Positions 1 to 8,364 of a stretch of 17,309 nucleotides of DNA are shown here, one piece after another. The stretch lies in assembly GCA_051532035.1 (NCBI GenBank), contig JAOPTW010000052.1, forward strand, positions 1 through 17,309, in the 5' to 3' direction. The notes beneath the pieces are model-generated. The model saw only the letters and a list, made by a program, of their open reading frames with translations, had not been told where the DNA came from and made no database searches. A program made the position numbers and the translations under genes. How positions within the stretch are numbered: position 1 is the stretch's first letter; every line of letters starts with the position of its first letter. This stretch comes from Fibrobacterales bacterium (GTDB lineage Bacteria > Fibrobacterota > Fibrobacteria > Fibrobacterales > JAOPTW01).

Positions 1-1
1 T

Positions 2-139
2 GCGCCATGGCCAGACTATCGTTGGGGAATGCAGGGAGCAATCAATGAGACCTATTGGCTCTACCACCTCGACATCGTCAAAGAGCAAGTCATCAACAAT
101 GCTAAAGCTATGGTTCAGTACGGAAATAAGCAACAGTAA
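2..139 (+). CDS. 3' fragment of a gene of unknown function (runs off the left edge)
   Basis: Frame 2 is open from the window edge: APWPDYRWGMQGAINETYWLYHLDIVKEQVINNAKAMVQYGNKQQ, stop TAA at 137-139, followed by AT-rich intergenic DNA. No recognisable motif. Confidence 0.55.
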   Translation, partial: APWPDYRWGMQGAINETYWLYHLDIVKEQVINNAKAMVQYGNKQQ

Positions 140-152
140 TAGAAATAAGCAC

Positions 153-184
153 AAAAAAAGGAGACAGCAATTGCCATCCCCCTT
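153..184 (-). terminator. Rho-independent terminator downstream of the GH3 gene
   Basis: Minus strand reads AAGGGGGATGGC-AATT-GCTGTCTCCTTTTTTT. The stem pairs fully (with G-U) only on the minus strand and is followed by a U7 tract. Confidence 0.65.
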
Positions 185-313
185 ATTACCCACCAATTAC
201 AATATATATTGAAGTTGGGACACTGCACGTGATGGGTATCACACTTGGCTCATTTTGCTTAAAATCCCACTACAAAATAAGCTCATTTCTTAAATTTATA
301 AAAATTAATCTGC

Positions 314-2383
314 TTAATATTCTTCCAGTCCATAGCCAAATGGGTAGAGTGCCTTACTGTCATCCATAGCAAGTGGAATATCCGCTGGGTCTTTCGGCCA
401 TGAGTAGGGTGATTTACCTTTTGGAGTAAACCCGTCAACTCCAAACAAGAAGTCAGCAACACCATCGCCTTCTGAACCAATAAAAAATGCAGCTATGTAG
501 GCATCGCTCTTTTCAATTTCTCCTTCAACTGCAAGTACGCGCCCTGAAACAAGAATCGTAATTACTTGCGCACCAGCGTCAACACAGCTGTTGATATATC
601 CTTTGTGGCTATCGGTCATCCATAGACGATAATCAGATTCATCGGTATCACCCATAAACTCTGCATAAGGTGTCTCACCAACAATCACTACAGCTTTTTT
701 ACCACTCATATCACCTGAGCACCCACTCTCCGAGTAACCTGCACTTGGGGCCACCTTTTTGATCGCATCTTTAATGGTTGTTGCACCACTATAGTTACGG
801 CTCACTCCTTGCCACTCTATAGACCAACCACCACTCTGAAGACCGCTATTATCACCATGCTCACCCACAATAACAATGTCATCATCACTGGTCAGCGGAA
901 GGGCACCTTTTTCACTTTTTAAAAGCACCAGAGATTCTCTAACCGCTTGTCGCGCCACTTCACGGTGCTCTTCTGAACCGACACTCTCTGCGTACTCCTC
1001 TTGGGGATAGGGATCACTAAATAGGCCCAGGTCATATTTCATACCAATAATGTGACGAACCGCATCATTGATTCTATCCATTGAAACTCCACCATCGTTC
1101 ACTGAACCTTTAATTTGATTTATAAAATCAACATGAAGCCCCTTAGGCTGCATTGCAATATCCACGCCGGAGTTTATCACTATAGAAGCATGACCATAGC
1201 GCGTGCCTCCTTCCCAATCCGTTACAACGACCCCATCAAACTGTAATTCATCCCGTAAAATGCCGTTGACAATATCACCATTCTGATGCATGTTCGTGCC
1301 ATTAACCGAATTAAAACCAACCATTATTGCGGTCACTCCCTGTTTAACTGCCGCAGCGTAAGGAGGAAGGTATTTGGTGCGGAGCTCATCCATGCTCATT
1401 TCTGCATTGCCCCCTTCATTACCCCCATGAGTCGCGCCGTCACCAATAAAGTGCTTCGCAGTAGTACCAACAGTCCAGGGTGCCGAGAGAGCTCCTTGTT
1501 GATGCCCTTTTATTGAGGCAATCACCGCGTCAGTAGTAAGGTCGGTATCTTCAGTATAGCCTTCGTAGACTCGCCCCCAGTTTTCATTTTGTGGCATAGC
1601 GATACAAGGAGAAAAAGTCCAATTAAAACCAGTACCAGCTATCTCTTTGGCTGTGATCTGCGCCGCCTCTTCTATAAGAGCCATATTACGGGTGGCAGCC
1701 ATATTAATATTGTGTGGAAAAATAGTAGCACCTTCAAAGGTGTTTTGTCCATGTACCGCATCCACCGCAATAAGAAGTGGAATACCTAAGCGTGTTTTGA
1801 GCGAGGCCTCTTGAAACTCTCTCATTTTGTTAATCCAGTCTATGGCGTCAGGCCCCACATAATCACCTTGGGTATGGATAATCGAGCCAAGTCCCCAATC
1901 AGCTACTTCAGATGGCTGCATATCAAACCAGCGTGTCTGGGTCATTTGAGCAATTTTTTCATCAGTAGTCATAGCATTTACAAACGCCTCAATGACGGCT
2001 TCACGATCCTCATACTCACAGATATTGAGCTTCTCGGTACCCCATTCGCAAATCAACTCTTGAACATATTCAGAACTACTTAATTCAAAGGAACTCTCAT
2101 TTGAAGATGCAATAGAGCTTGACTCGTCCATCGAAGACTCTTGACTACTCTCATACTCTTCTATTACGCTTGATTGTGATTCCAGACTCAAGCTTTCTGA
2201 GCTCTGTAAATCCGATATTAATTCAGACGAATAGCCCGATCCAGCACCAGAATCACTATTCTCAAAGCTACTTTCAGAACTCTCTCTTGATTCTGTACTA
2301 CTATTAATGAGATCACTATTGATAATCTCGCCACTACATCCAAAAATTGATGCAATTGTAACTACCCAGAACAGGTGTTTCAT
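314..2383 (-). CDS. Glycoside hydrolase family 3 beta-glucosidase / exo-beta-glucanase, lipoprotein with Ser/Glu-rich linker
   Basis: 689-aa ORF. Lipobox IFGC at residue 16, then an ~90-aa Ser/Glu-rich linker. GH3 motifs: EKIAQMTQ, DAVHG, WGRVYEGY, KHFIGDG, VVTDW (nucleophile Asp), AVRESLVLLK, GETPYAE (acid/base Glu of the ExoI-like subgroup), LYPFGYGL. Confidence 0.95.
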   Translation of the reverse strand: MKHLFWVVTIASIFGCSGEIINSDLINSSTESRESSESSFENSDSGAGSGYSSELISDLQSSESLSLESQSSVIEEYESSQESSMDESSSIASSNESSFELSSSEYVQELICEWGTEKLNICEYEDREAVIEAFVNAMTTDEKIAQMTQTRWFDMQPSEVADWGLGSIIHTQGDYVGPDAIDWINKMREFQEASLKTRLGIPLLIAVDAVHGQNTFEGATIFPHNINMAATRNMALIEEAAQITAKEIAGTGFNWTFSPCIAMPQNENWGRVYEGYTEDTDLTTDAVIASIKGHQQGALSAPWTVGTTAKHFIGDGATHGGNEGGNAEMSMDELRTKYLPPYAAAVKQGVTAIMVGFNSVNGTNMHQNGDIVNGILRDELQFDGVVVTDWEGGTRYGHASIVINSGVDIAMQPKGLHVDFINQIKGSVNDGGVSMDRINDAVRHIIGMKYDLGLFSDPYPQEEYAESVGSEEHREVARQAVRESLVLLKSEKGALPLTSDDDIVIVGEHGDNSGLQSGGWSIEWQGVSRNYSGATTIKDAIKKVAPSAGYSESGCSGDMSGKKAVVIVGETPYAEFMGDTDESDYRLWMTDSHKGYINSCVDAGAQVITILVSGRVLAVEGEIEKSDAYIAAFFIGSEGDGVADFLFGVDGFTPKGKSPYSWPKDPADIPLAMDDSKALYPFGYGLEEY

Positions 2384-2761
2384 ACTTACCCCTAAGTATA
2401 TATGTTGTATTCAGATTCGATGAATGGAGTTATTGCGCACGTTATGATTATCATGCAGTCAATTATTACTCCCTTTCAACTACTCCAAAAGCCCTCACAG
2501 TATCCACCCTAAAAGAAGTGGGTACTCTATAAATGCGTTCAAAACAAAAAATATATTATGATTACCTAAACATCAAAAGCTTAAATATTACTTAAAGTAA
2601 CCCCTTCTATTGGTAGAGTCCCTATCAGTCTTGGTCCGTTTCGTCACCACTTACTCAAATAATCCTAATAATTAAAGGAAACCTTAATCTTTTTTATAGC
2701 TATAACCTTATATTATTAAATGAGTTATAGAAAAGTGTGCATTCTATCACGCAATCTAATA

Positions 2762-2796
2762 TAAAGCTTGTATACTGAAGTGCCGAATAGTATACT
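2762..2796 (+). promoter_or_regulatory. Candidate promoter(s) of the small ORF: sigma70-like and overlapping sigma28-like
   Basis: TTGTAT(2768-2773)-17 nt-TATACT(2791-2796); also TAAA(2762-2765)-16 nt-GCCGAATA(2782-2789). Both lie ~40-50 nt upstream of the start codon. Confidence 0.45.
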
Positions 2797-2836
2797 AAGT
2801 ATATAGGGTTCAAAGAACACTTACATGGAGGGTGCT

Positions 2837-3007
2837 ATGCGTGAACACATACAATTAGCCTATACAGATATGACCCAACCAGACCTTGTTGGGAGACCAG
2901 AAAGAGAAGCGGTAATTAGTCAGGATGACATACTCAATCTCAAAATCTCACTTGAAATAATTTCTGATAGCTCAGAGCTTGTTCTCGACCACTACCTCTT
3001 TAATTGA
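2837..3007 (+). CDS. Small acidic hypothetical protein (56 aa)
   Basis: GGAGG at 2827-2831 precedes ATG at 2837, a better start than 2825. Protein MREHIQ...RPEREAVISQDDILNLKISLE...; it has its own candidate promoter and terminator. Confidence 0.7.
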   Translation: MREHIQLAYTDMTQPDLVGRPEREAVISQDDILNLKISLEIISDSSELVLDHYLFN

Positions 3008-3028
3008 TGTTCCTACCAATCGTTTCAT

Positions 3029-3054
3029 AAGCCGGTCAATAGACCGGCTTTTTT
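3029..3054 (+). terminator. Rho-independent terminator
   Basis: AAGCCGGTC-AATA-GACCGGCTT followed by TTTT, ~20 nt after the small ORF stop. Confidence 0.85.
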
Positions 3055-3171
3055 CTTTTCTTGCGTACCATTAATTGTAAAACTGAACACTCCCCTCTTT
3101 TCACAGAGTTGTGCTACACGGTATGGACCATATTTTCTACATTGTACTCTCTAACGTGAGGAGAGTGCGCC

Positions 3172-4986
3172 ATTACATCCCAAGAATTTCTACTCAAGCA
3201 TTTAAAACCCTATCGGGTAAAAATCGGCATCGGTATTGCATTAATAATTACCTCTGTCGCACTGGCCCATGCTAATCCGTGGCTTATTGGTGAGATGGTC
3301 GACTATCTCGATGGCGCCCGTGGCGTTTCTAAAACAATACACTTCTTTTCAGGTACTATTTTTGGCGAACACACCGAGCTTTACAATCTTATTGCCGGGA
3401 TACTCATTGCCACACTTATCTACTCAATCTTCCTCTTTTTTCAACGCTACATTATCATAACTATTTCTCGCAAGATTGAATACTCTATGCGTAATGAGCT
3501 CTTTGAAAAGCTCCAGCATCAGCCACGTACTTTTTTTGACTCAAACCTCACTGGTGACATCATGTCACGCTGTACCAATGACCTTGACCGTGTACGTGAC
3601 CTCGTAGGACCAGCCCTCATGCATTTGCTCCGTATGGGAGCGTACCTCGTGTATACGACTGCAATTCTTTTGACTATTTCCCCTACACTAGCCGCTGTGG
3701 GTCTCACCCTCTCTCTGGCTCTTCCTCTCACAACCCTCAAATTTATGAAACAAATTTATGCAGGGTTTGCTGCAGTTCAAAAATCACTTTCAAAACTCAG
3801 CTCATTTTCTCAAGAGCTCTTTTCATCTATTAGCACCATCAAATCATTTGGTAATGAAGAGTACTTCATTGAAAAATTTGAACAGTCGTCACTCGAGCTC
3901 AAAGCCACTTCTAAAAAGATAACCATACTCAATAGTTTTATCTGGCCCACCATTGGCTTTATCAGTGGTGTGGGAATCTGCGCTGCAATTTTTACCGGTT
4001 CATACCTCATTACCGAACAAGAGCTCACAACAGGTGAACTCACCAAAACAGTATTTCTCCTGTTAAATGTCCAATTCCCTCTTGTAGGACTTGGCTGGGT
4101 AATGAGTATGGTACAACGAGGACGTGCCTCTCTTGATCGCATTATCTCCCTCATGAATACTATGGAAGAGGGTACCTACACCCGCCCCGAGAATGAACCA
4201 TTTCACAGCCTCCGTATGACAGGCCTCAATTTTACTTATCCTCAATCTGCTCTCAGCAACGCCTCTGCCAATAGTGAGGGTCAAACTCCACTGAGCTTGA
4301 AAGACATTGATCTTGATATCGCCAAAGGGTCATCACTAGGGGTTGTAGGGAAAATTGGTTCTGGCAAAACATCACTCATTAAAATACTCACGGGCACCTA
4401 CCCTATTGCCAAAGGGACCTTTTATATTAATGGTAAGGATGTGTCGGAACAGAGTAGAGATTGGTGCCAATCTTTTTTCTCACTCTCTCCACAAGATGGA
4501 TTTCTCTTCTCTGAAAGTATAAGAGAAAATGTATTGTTGGGTACTTCTACAACATCGACTCTGAGTGTAGAAGAAGCGGCAAACCTTGCAGCCCTTACAA
4601 AAGACCTCAATCAAATACCTGGTGAACTCGATGCCGTTTTGGGCGAGAAAGGTATTAACCTTTCGGGTGGCCAAAGACAACGGGTTGGACTTGCCCGAGC
4701 ACTTATTGCCAATCCAGATATTCTCATTCTTGACGACACCCTATCAGCAGTAGACACCGAAACTGAACACGAAATTTTACACAACCTCAAAACCCATATT
4801 ACCGACTTAACCACGGTGATCATTTCCCATAAATACTCATCAGTCATTCAGTGTGATGAGATCATCTATTTAGAAGATGGCGAAATTAAAGAACGCGGTA
4901 CACATACCAAATTGATGGCCTTCGATGGTCATTATGCAGAGAACTACCGACAACAAATATTATCTTATGACTTGGAGGAACAGTGA
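3172..4986 (+). CDS. ABC exporter, fused TMD-NBD, heterodimer subunit A (MdlA/YheI-like); proposed ATT start
   Basis: Walker A GKIGSGKT, Q-loop SPQ, signature LSGGQRQR, Walker B ILILDD, H-loop SHK; TGDIMSR coupling region. The frame extends upstream of ATG 3295 through TM1 (LKPYRVKIGIGIALIITSVALAHANPWLIG) to a stop at 3157-3159. SD GAGGAG at 3158-3163 lies 8 nt before ATT at 3172. Confidence 0.9.
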   Translation: MTSQEFLLKHLKPYRVKIGIGIALIITSVALAHANPWLIGEMVDYLDGARGVSKTIHFFSGTIFGEHTELYNLIAGILIATLIYSIFLFFQRYIIITISRKIEYSMRNELFEKLQHQPRTFFDSNLTGDIMSRCTNDLDRVRDLVGPALMHLLRMGAYLVYTTAILLTISPTLAAVGLTLSLALPLTTLKFMKQIYAGFAAVQKSLSKLSSFSQELFSSISTIKSFGNEEYFIEKFEQSSLELKATSKKITILNSFIWPTIGFISGVGICAAIFTGSYLITEQELTTGELTKTVFLLLNVQFPLVGLGWVMSMVQRGRASLDRIISLMNTMEEGTYTRPENEPFHSLRMTGLNFTYPQSALSNASANSEGQTPLSLKDIDLDIAKGSSLGVVGKIGSGKTSLIKILTGTYPIAKGTFYINGKDVSEQSRDWCQSFFSLSPQDGFLFSESIRENVLLGTSTTSTLSVEEAANLAALTKDLNQIPGELDAVLGEKGINLSGGQRQRVGLARALIANPDILILDDTLSAVDTETEHEILHNLKTHITDLTTVIISHKYSSVIQCDEIIYLEDGEIKERGTHTKLMAFDGHYAENYRQQILSYDLEEQ

Positions 4987-6752
4987 GTAACGCCCCAAAA
5001 GAATACCTCCTAGACGATGTCAGTAATAAGATCTTTGATCTTGTACTGATTAGCAGGATTTGGAAATATGCTAAACCCTACAAAGTTGCACTCTTTGCAA
5101 GTGCATTTCTCGTCGTTGTAAAAGAAGTCCTCCCCTTTTTACTCCCTTGGATACTCGAAAGCATCATTGATGGCCCTGTTAAAGTAGGTGATTTTGATGG
5201 TGTTCTCCAGTGGTCAGGCCTTTTTCTCCTTGTTGTTGTGGCAAATACCGGTGTTTCATACGTCTATACTATTTTAAGCAAAGTTACGGGCCTCCATATT
5301 ATTCACGACATCAGAGTGCAACTTTTTAAACATGTCACCACTCTGAGCTTACAGTTCTTTCATCGCACCCCCATTGGCCGCTTAATGACCCGCATGTCAA
5401 ACGATGTAGACTCACTGAACTTACTGCTCTCCGAAGTTATTTTTGAATTGATCAGTGCGTTTCTCATGATCATTCTCGCAGCAGTGATCATGCTCTATAA
5501 AAACTGGCAACTCGGCCTTATAACTCTTGCGTTTCTTCCCTTCATGCTGATCGTCACTGCAATATTTAGGGTTAAGGTTAAGAATATCAATGTCACTATC
5601 CGTAAAGAGCTTGCTCAACTCAATTCTGTATTACAAGAGAGCCTGAACGGCATCTTTATAGTGCAGCTCTTTCAAAAGCAACGTGAGCGATTTAGCATTT
5701 TCAAGCAACACAACAAATCCTATCGCAATGCCTTCTTTAAAAATGTTAAGTACTACAGTTACTTCTTCCCTGCTATTCACTCACTCACCGACTTCTCACT
5801 CATAGCAGTCTACGCATTTGGGAGTTTCTATATTTTTAATGGCGAGCTCTCTGTAGGGACTCTCGTCGCTTTCACCTGGTATAGTACCATGTTTAACCGA
5901 CCACTTCGCGACATCAGTGATAAAATCACGAGTCTCCAAACTGCACTCGCCGCAGGAGAACGAGTATTTCACCTCCTCGATACCCATGTACATATTCCCG
6001 ACGGCGCGACGGTAATACCAAAGGGCCCCATTGGCCTTGAATTCAAGAATGTCTCATTTGCCTATAACGAAGATTCTACCGTACTTAAGGATGTCTCATT
6101 TACTGTAGCGCCTGGAAGTACCGTAGCTATTGTTGGGGCAACTGGCTCTGGTAAAAGTACAATACTCTCTCTCATTAACCGTTTTTATACCACTGATACG
6201 GGATCAATCACCCTGAATGGTATCAATATAAAAGAAGTTCTTAATCAATCCCTCAGGTCACGTTTGGCCAATGTGAGCCAAGATGTATTCCTCTTTAATG
6301 ACACCTATGGAAACAATATTGCATTTGGAAAACCTATTGAACAAGAACACCTTCTTAAAGCCGCTCAAGCATCACGCTCGTACGACTTTATAAAACACAG
6401 TGAACATGGTTTTGAATCAATAGTAGAGCCATCCGGCCAAAACCTCTCAACCGGTCAACGACAACTGCTCTCTTTTGCACGGGCACTCTACGCATCGCCC
6501 GACCTTCTTCTCCTCGATGAAGCGACGAGTTCTGTAGACACTCACACCGAGAGCCTCATACAAGAAGCACTCTCAGAACTTACCAAAAATAGAACCTCGA
6601 TAATTGTGGCACACAGACTTTCGACTATTAAAAATGCTGACAAAATTTTGGTGCTCCATCAAGGTGAACTCAAAGAAGTTGGTACTCATGAATCACTTAT
6701 TGCTGATGACGGCATCTATGCAAAACTAGTGAAGATGCACAGAGTACAATAG
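4983..6752 (+). CDS. ABC exporter, fused TMD-NBD, heterodimer subunit B (MdlB/YheH-like)
   Basis: 589 aa. GTG start overlaps the previous stop (GTGA), with GGAGG upstream. PIGRLMTRMSNDVD, Walker A GATGSGKS, signature LSTGQRQL, Walker B LLLLDEATS, H-loop AHRLSTI. Confidence 0.95.
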   Translation: MSNAPKEYLLDDVSNKIFDLVLISRIWKYAKPYKVALFASAFLVVVKEVLPFLLPWILESIIDGPVKVGDFDGVLQWSGLFLLVVVANTGVSYVYTILSKVTGLHIIHDIRVQLFKHVTTLSLQFFHRTPIGRLMTRMSNDVDSLNLLLSEVIFELISAFLMIILAAVIMLYKNWQLGLITLAFLPFMLIVTAIFRVKVKNINVTIRKELAQLNSVLQESLNGIFIVQLFQKQRERFSIFKQHNKSYRNAFFKNVKYYSYFFPAIHSLTDFSLIAVYAFGSFYIFNGELSVGTLVAFTWYSTMFNRPLRDISDKITSLQTALAAGERVFHLLDTHVHIPDGATVIPKGPIGLEFKNVSFAYNEDSTVLKDVSFTVAPGSTVAIVGATGSGKSTILSLINRFYTTDTGSITLNGINIKEVLNQSLRSRLANVSQDVFLFNDTYGNNIAFGKPIEQEHLLKAAQASRSYDFIKHSEHGFESIVEPSGQNLSTGQRQLLSFARALYASPDLLLLDEATSSVDTHTESLIQEALSELTKNRTSIIVAHRLSTIKNADKILVLHQGELKEVGTHESLIADDGIYAKLVKMHRVQ

Positions 6753-6755
6753 ACC

Positions 6756-7625
6756 TCACTCAGAATGGAGATATCCATTCTTAATAGTATTTTTTACAAT
6801 GATCATAGCCTTATCGGCTTTATTCAGTAACGACTCAGTCTCCACTCCATTATCAGGATACGTCGATACCCCTATACTCATACCGAGAAATTTTTCTTCT
6901 CCCTCGTGGGTAAAAGGAGTTGTCATTTTATGAATGATTTTTTTAGCAACGACATCAGCATCAGAGGCATCACTTACTACCGAAAGGATTATTGCAAACT
7001 CATCATCGCCAATATAAGAGACCGTATCTGAATTACGTACAGATGCTACTAATCGTTCTGCTATAACCTTTAAAACGCGGTCCCCCACCTCTTTTCCCCA
7101 ACTATTATTGATATCCGAGAAGTTATCGACATTCATATAGAGTATGCTAAACTTATGGTTGTATCGTCGTGATTGGGCAAAGATGTGATTCAAACGATCA
7201 ATGAGCATATTGCAACTCGGAAGTCCCGTTACATCATCAAAGTAGGCAAAGTGTTTCCGTTTAAGGGCATAGATCTTTTTTCGTGCAACCGATTGCGCAA
7301 TATAAAAACTAGGAACCGATGAGAGCACAAAGAGTACGCCAAAAAGTATACTCAAATTATCACGTAAGATACCATTTTGAGCGGTTATCATAGACTCTGA
7401 AACTTGTGATATTATTTTGGGTACTTCGGCCCCGACAACCTGTTCAGATCTCAGTTGTTCCAAATAGAGTTGTTGAGTCGACTCAGAGATTCCACGCTTT
7501 TCTAAAAAATAGAAGCCTAAAATAACTAATCCCAGTATTAGAGCAATACCTACAAGAAGCAGAGAAAAGTTGAATATCATTTTTCTGCGTACAGAGTCTA
7601 ACGAGTTTTCGTAACTGTGAACCAT
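6756..7625 (-). CDS. Membrane-anchored GGDEF-domain protein with degenerate active site (GDDEF)
   Basis: 289 aa. Two hydrophobic segments, then DDVTGLP, NVDNFSDINNSWGKEVGD, RNSD-5 aa-GDDEF, SIGVSTYP, ADKAM. Confidence 0.9.
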   Translation of the reverse strand: MVHSYENSLDSVRRKMIFNFSLLLVGIALILGLVILGFYFLEKRGISESTQQLYLEQLRSEQVVGAEVPKIISQVSESMITAQNGILRDNLSILFGVLFVLSSVPSFYIAQSVARKKIYALKRKHFAYFDDVTGLPSCNMLIDRLNHIFAQSRRYNHKFSILYMNVDNFSDINNSWGKEVGDRVLKVIAERLVASVRNSDTVSYIGDDEFAIILSVVSDASDADVVAKKIIHKMTTPFTHEGEEKFLGMSIGVSTYPDNGVETESLLNKADKAMIIVKNTIKNGYLHSE

Positions 7626-7656
7626 AACCAGTCAAAACTAAAAGTATATAGGTATT

Positions 7657-8355
7657 TTACTGTTTTTTTACATTTTTGACAATGTCTCTGAAGGCTCCAA
7701 AGATAAAATTGAGATCTTTTTTTGACGGGTTTAGCCGTTCTAACCAGTTAGTAAAGGCAAACTTCTCTTTATACCGAGTACGATATTCATCGCTTATCAG
7801 AGCATTTACATGGTCTATAAAGGCTTGTTTTGCCCCTAATTCCGCAGGATCTTCCTCAGAAGGGTCGAGAAATTGCTTTTTAGGCATGGCTCCAACCTGA
7901 TACAGCGCAATTGCGGCAGCCTGCCCTAAATTGTAGCTCATCCGATCTGCAATAGGTATAGTACACGCACTAGAACAGATACCGATTTCTTCTCTACTCA
8001 GCCCAACACTCTCACGTCCAAATACAAGGGCCACAGGGCCATCATAACGAATGACCTCCCCAATATCTTGCATATTAACCCAACTGTCTGTAACATCATA
8101 ATCTCGGCGTGAAAACGCTATAGATTGATAGGTATCAGCAACGGCTTCTTGTACCGAAGGGTAAAATTGAGCATTTTCGAGTATTTCTTTACCATGAGTA
8201 CAGGTAATATAGGCTTCTTCAGCCACAACGTCCATGCTTGTAGATACGATTCTCAGTTGCGTAACGTGATTACACCGCATAGCACGAGCAACAAGGCCAA
8301 TGTTTTTTGGATTTTCAGGTTCGGCTAAGACAACAATAATATTTTCTGGATTCAT
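7657..8355 (-). CDS. trmJ: SPOUT RNA methyltransferase, TrmJ/LasT (TrmH group 1) family
   Basis: 232 aa. VVLAEPENPKNIGLVARAM, ALVFGRESVGLS, SYNLGQAAAIALY are the SPOUT motifs typical of TrmJ. Confidence 0.8.
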   Translation of the reverse strand: MNPENIIVVLAEPENPKNIGLVARAMRCNHVTQLRIVSTSMDVVAEEAYITCTHGKEILENAQFYPSVQEAVADTYQSIAFSRRDYDVTDSWVNMQDIGEVIRYDGPVALVFGRESVGLSREEIGICSSACTIPIADRMSYNLGQAAAIALYQVGAMPKKQFLDPSEEDPAELGAKQAFIDHVNALISDEYRTRYKEKFAFTNWLERLNPSKKDLNFIFGAFRDIVKNVKKQ

Positions 8356-8364
8356 AAGGTTCTT

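Noticed and set aside
2695..2730. CTATAAC-17 nt-GTTATAG inverted repeat and TATAGCTATA palindrome
   Set aside because: Short, in very AT-rich DNA, and no second copy was seen; chance is plausible.
3156..3275. Short out-of-frame GTG ORF (VRHYIPRIS...) overlapping the ABC 5' end
   Set aside because: GTG 3165 is only 1 nt from the SD and the product is not ABC-like; kept only as the frameshift alternative to the ATT start.
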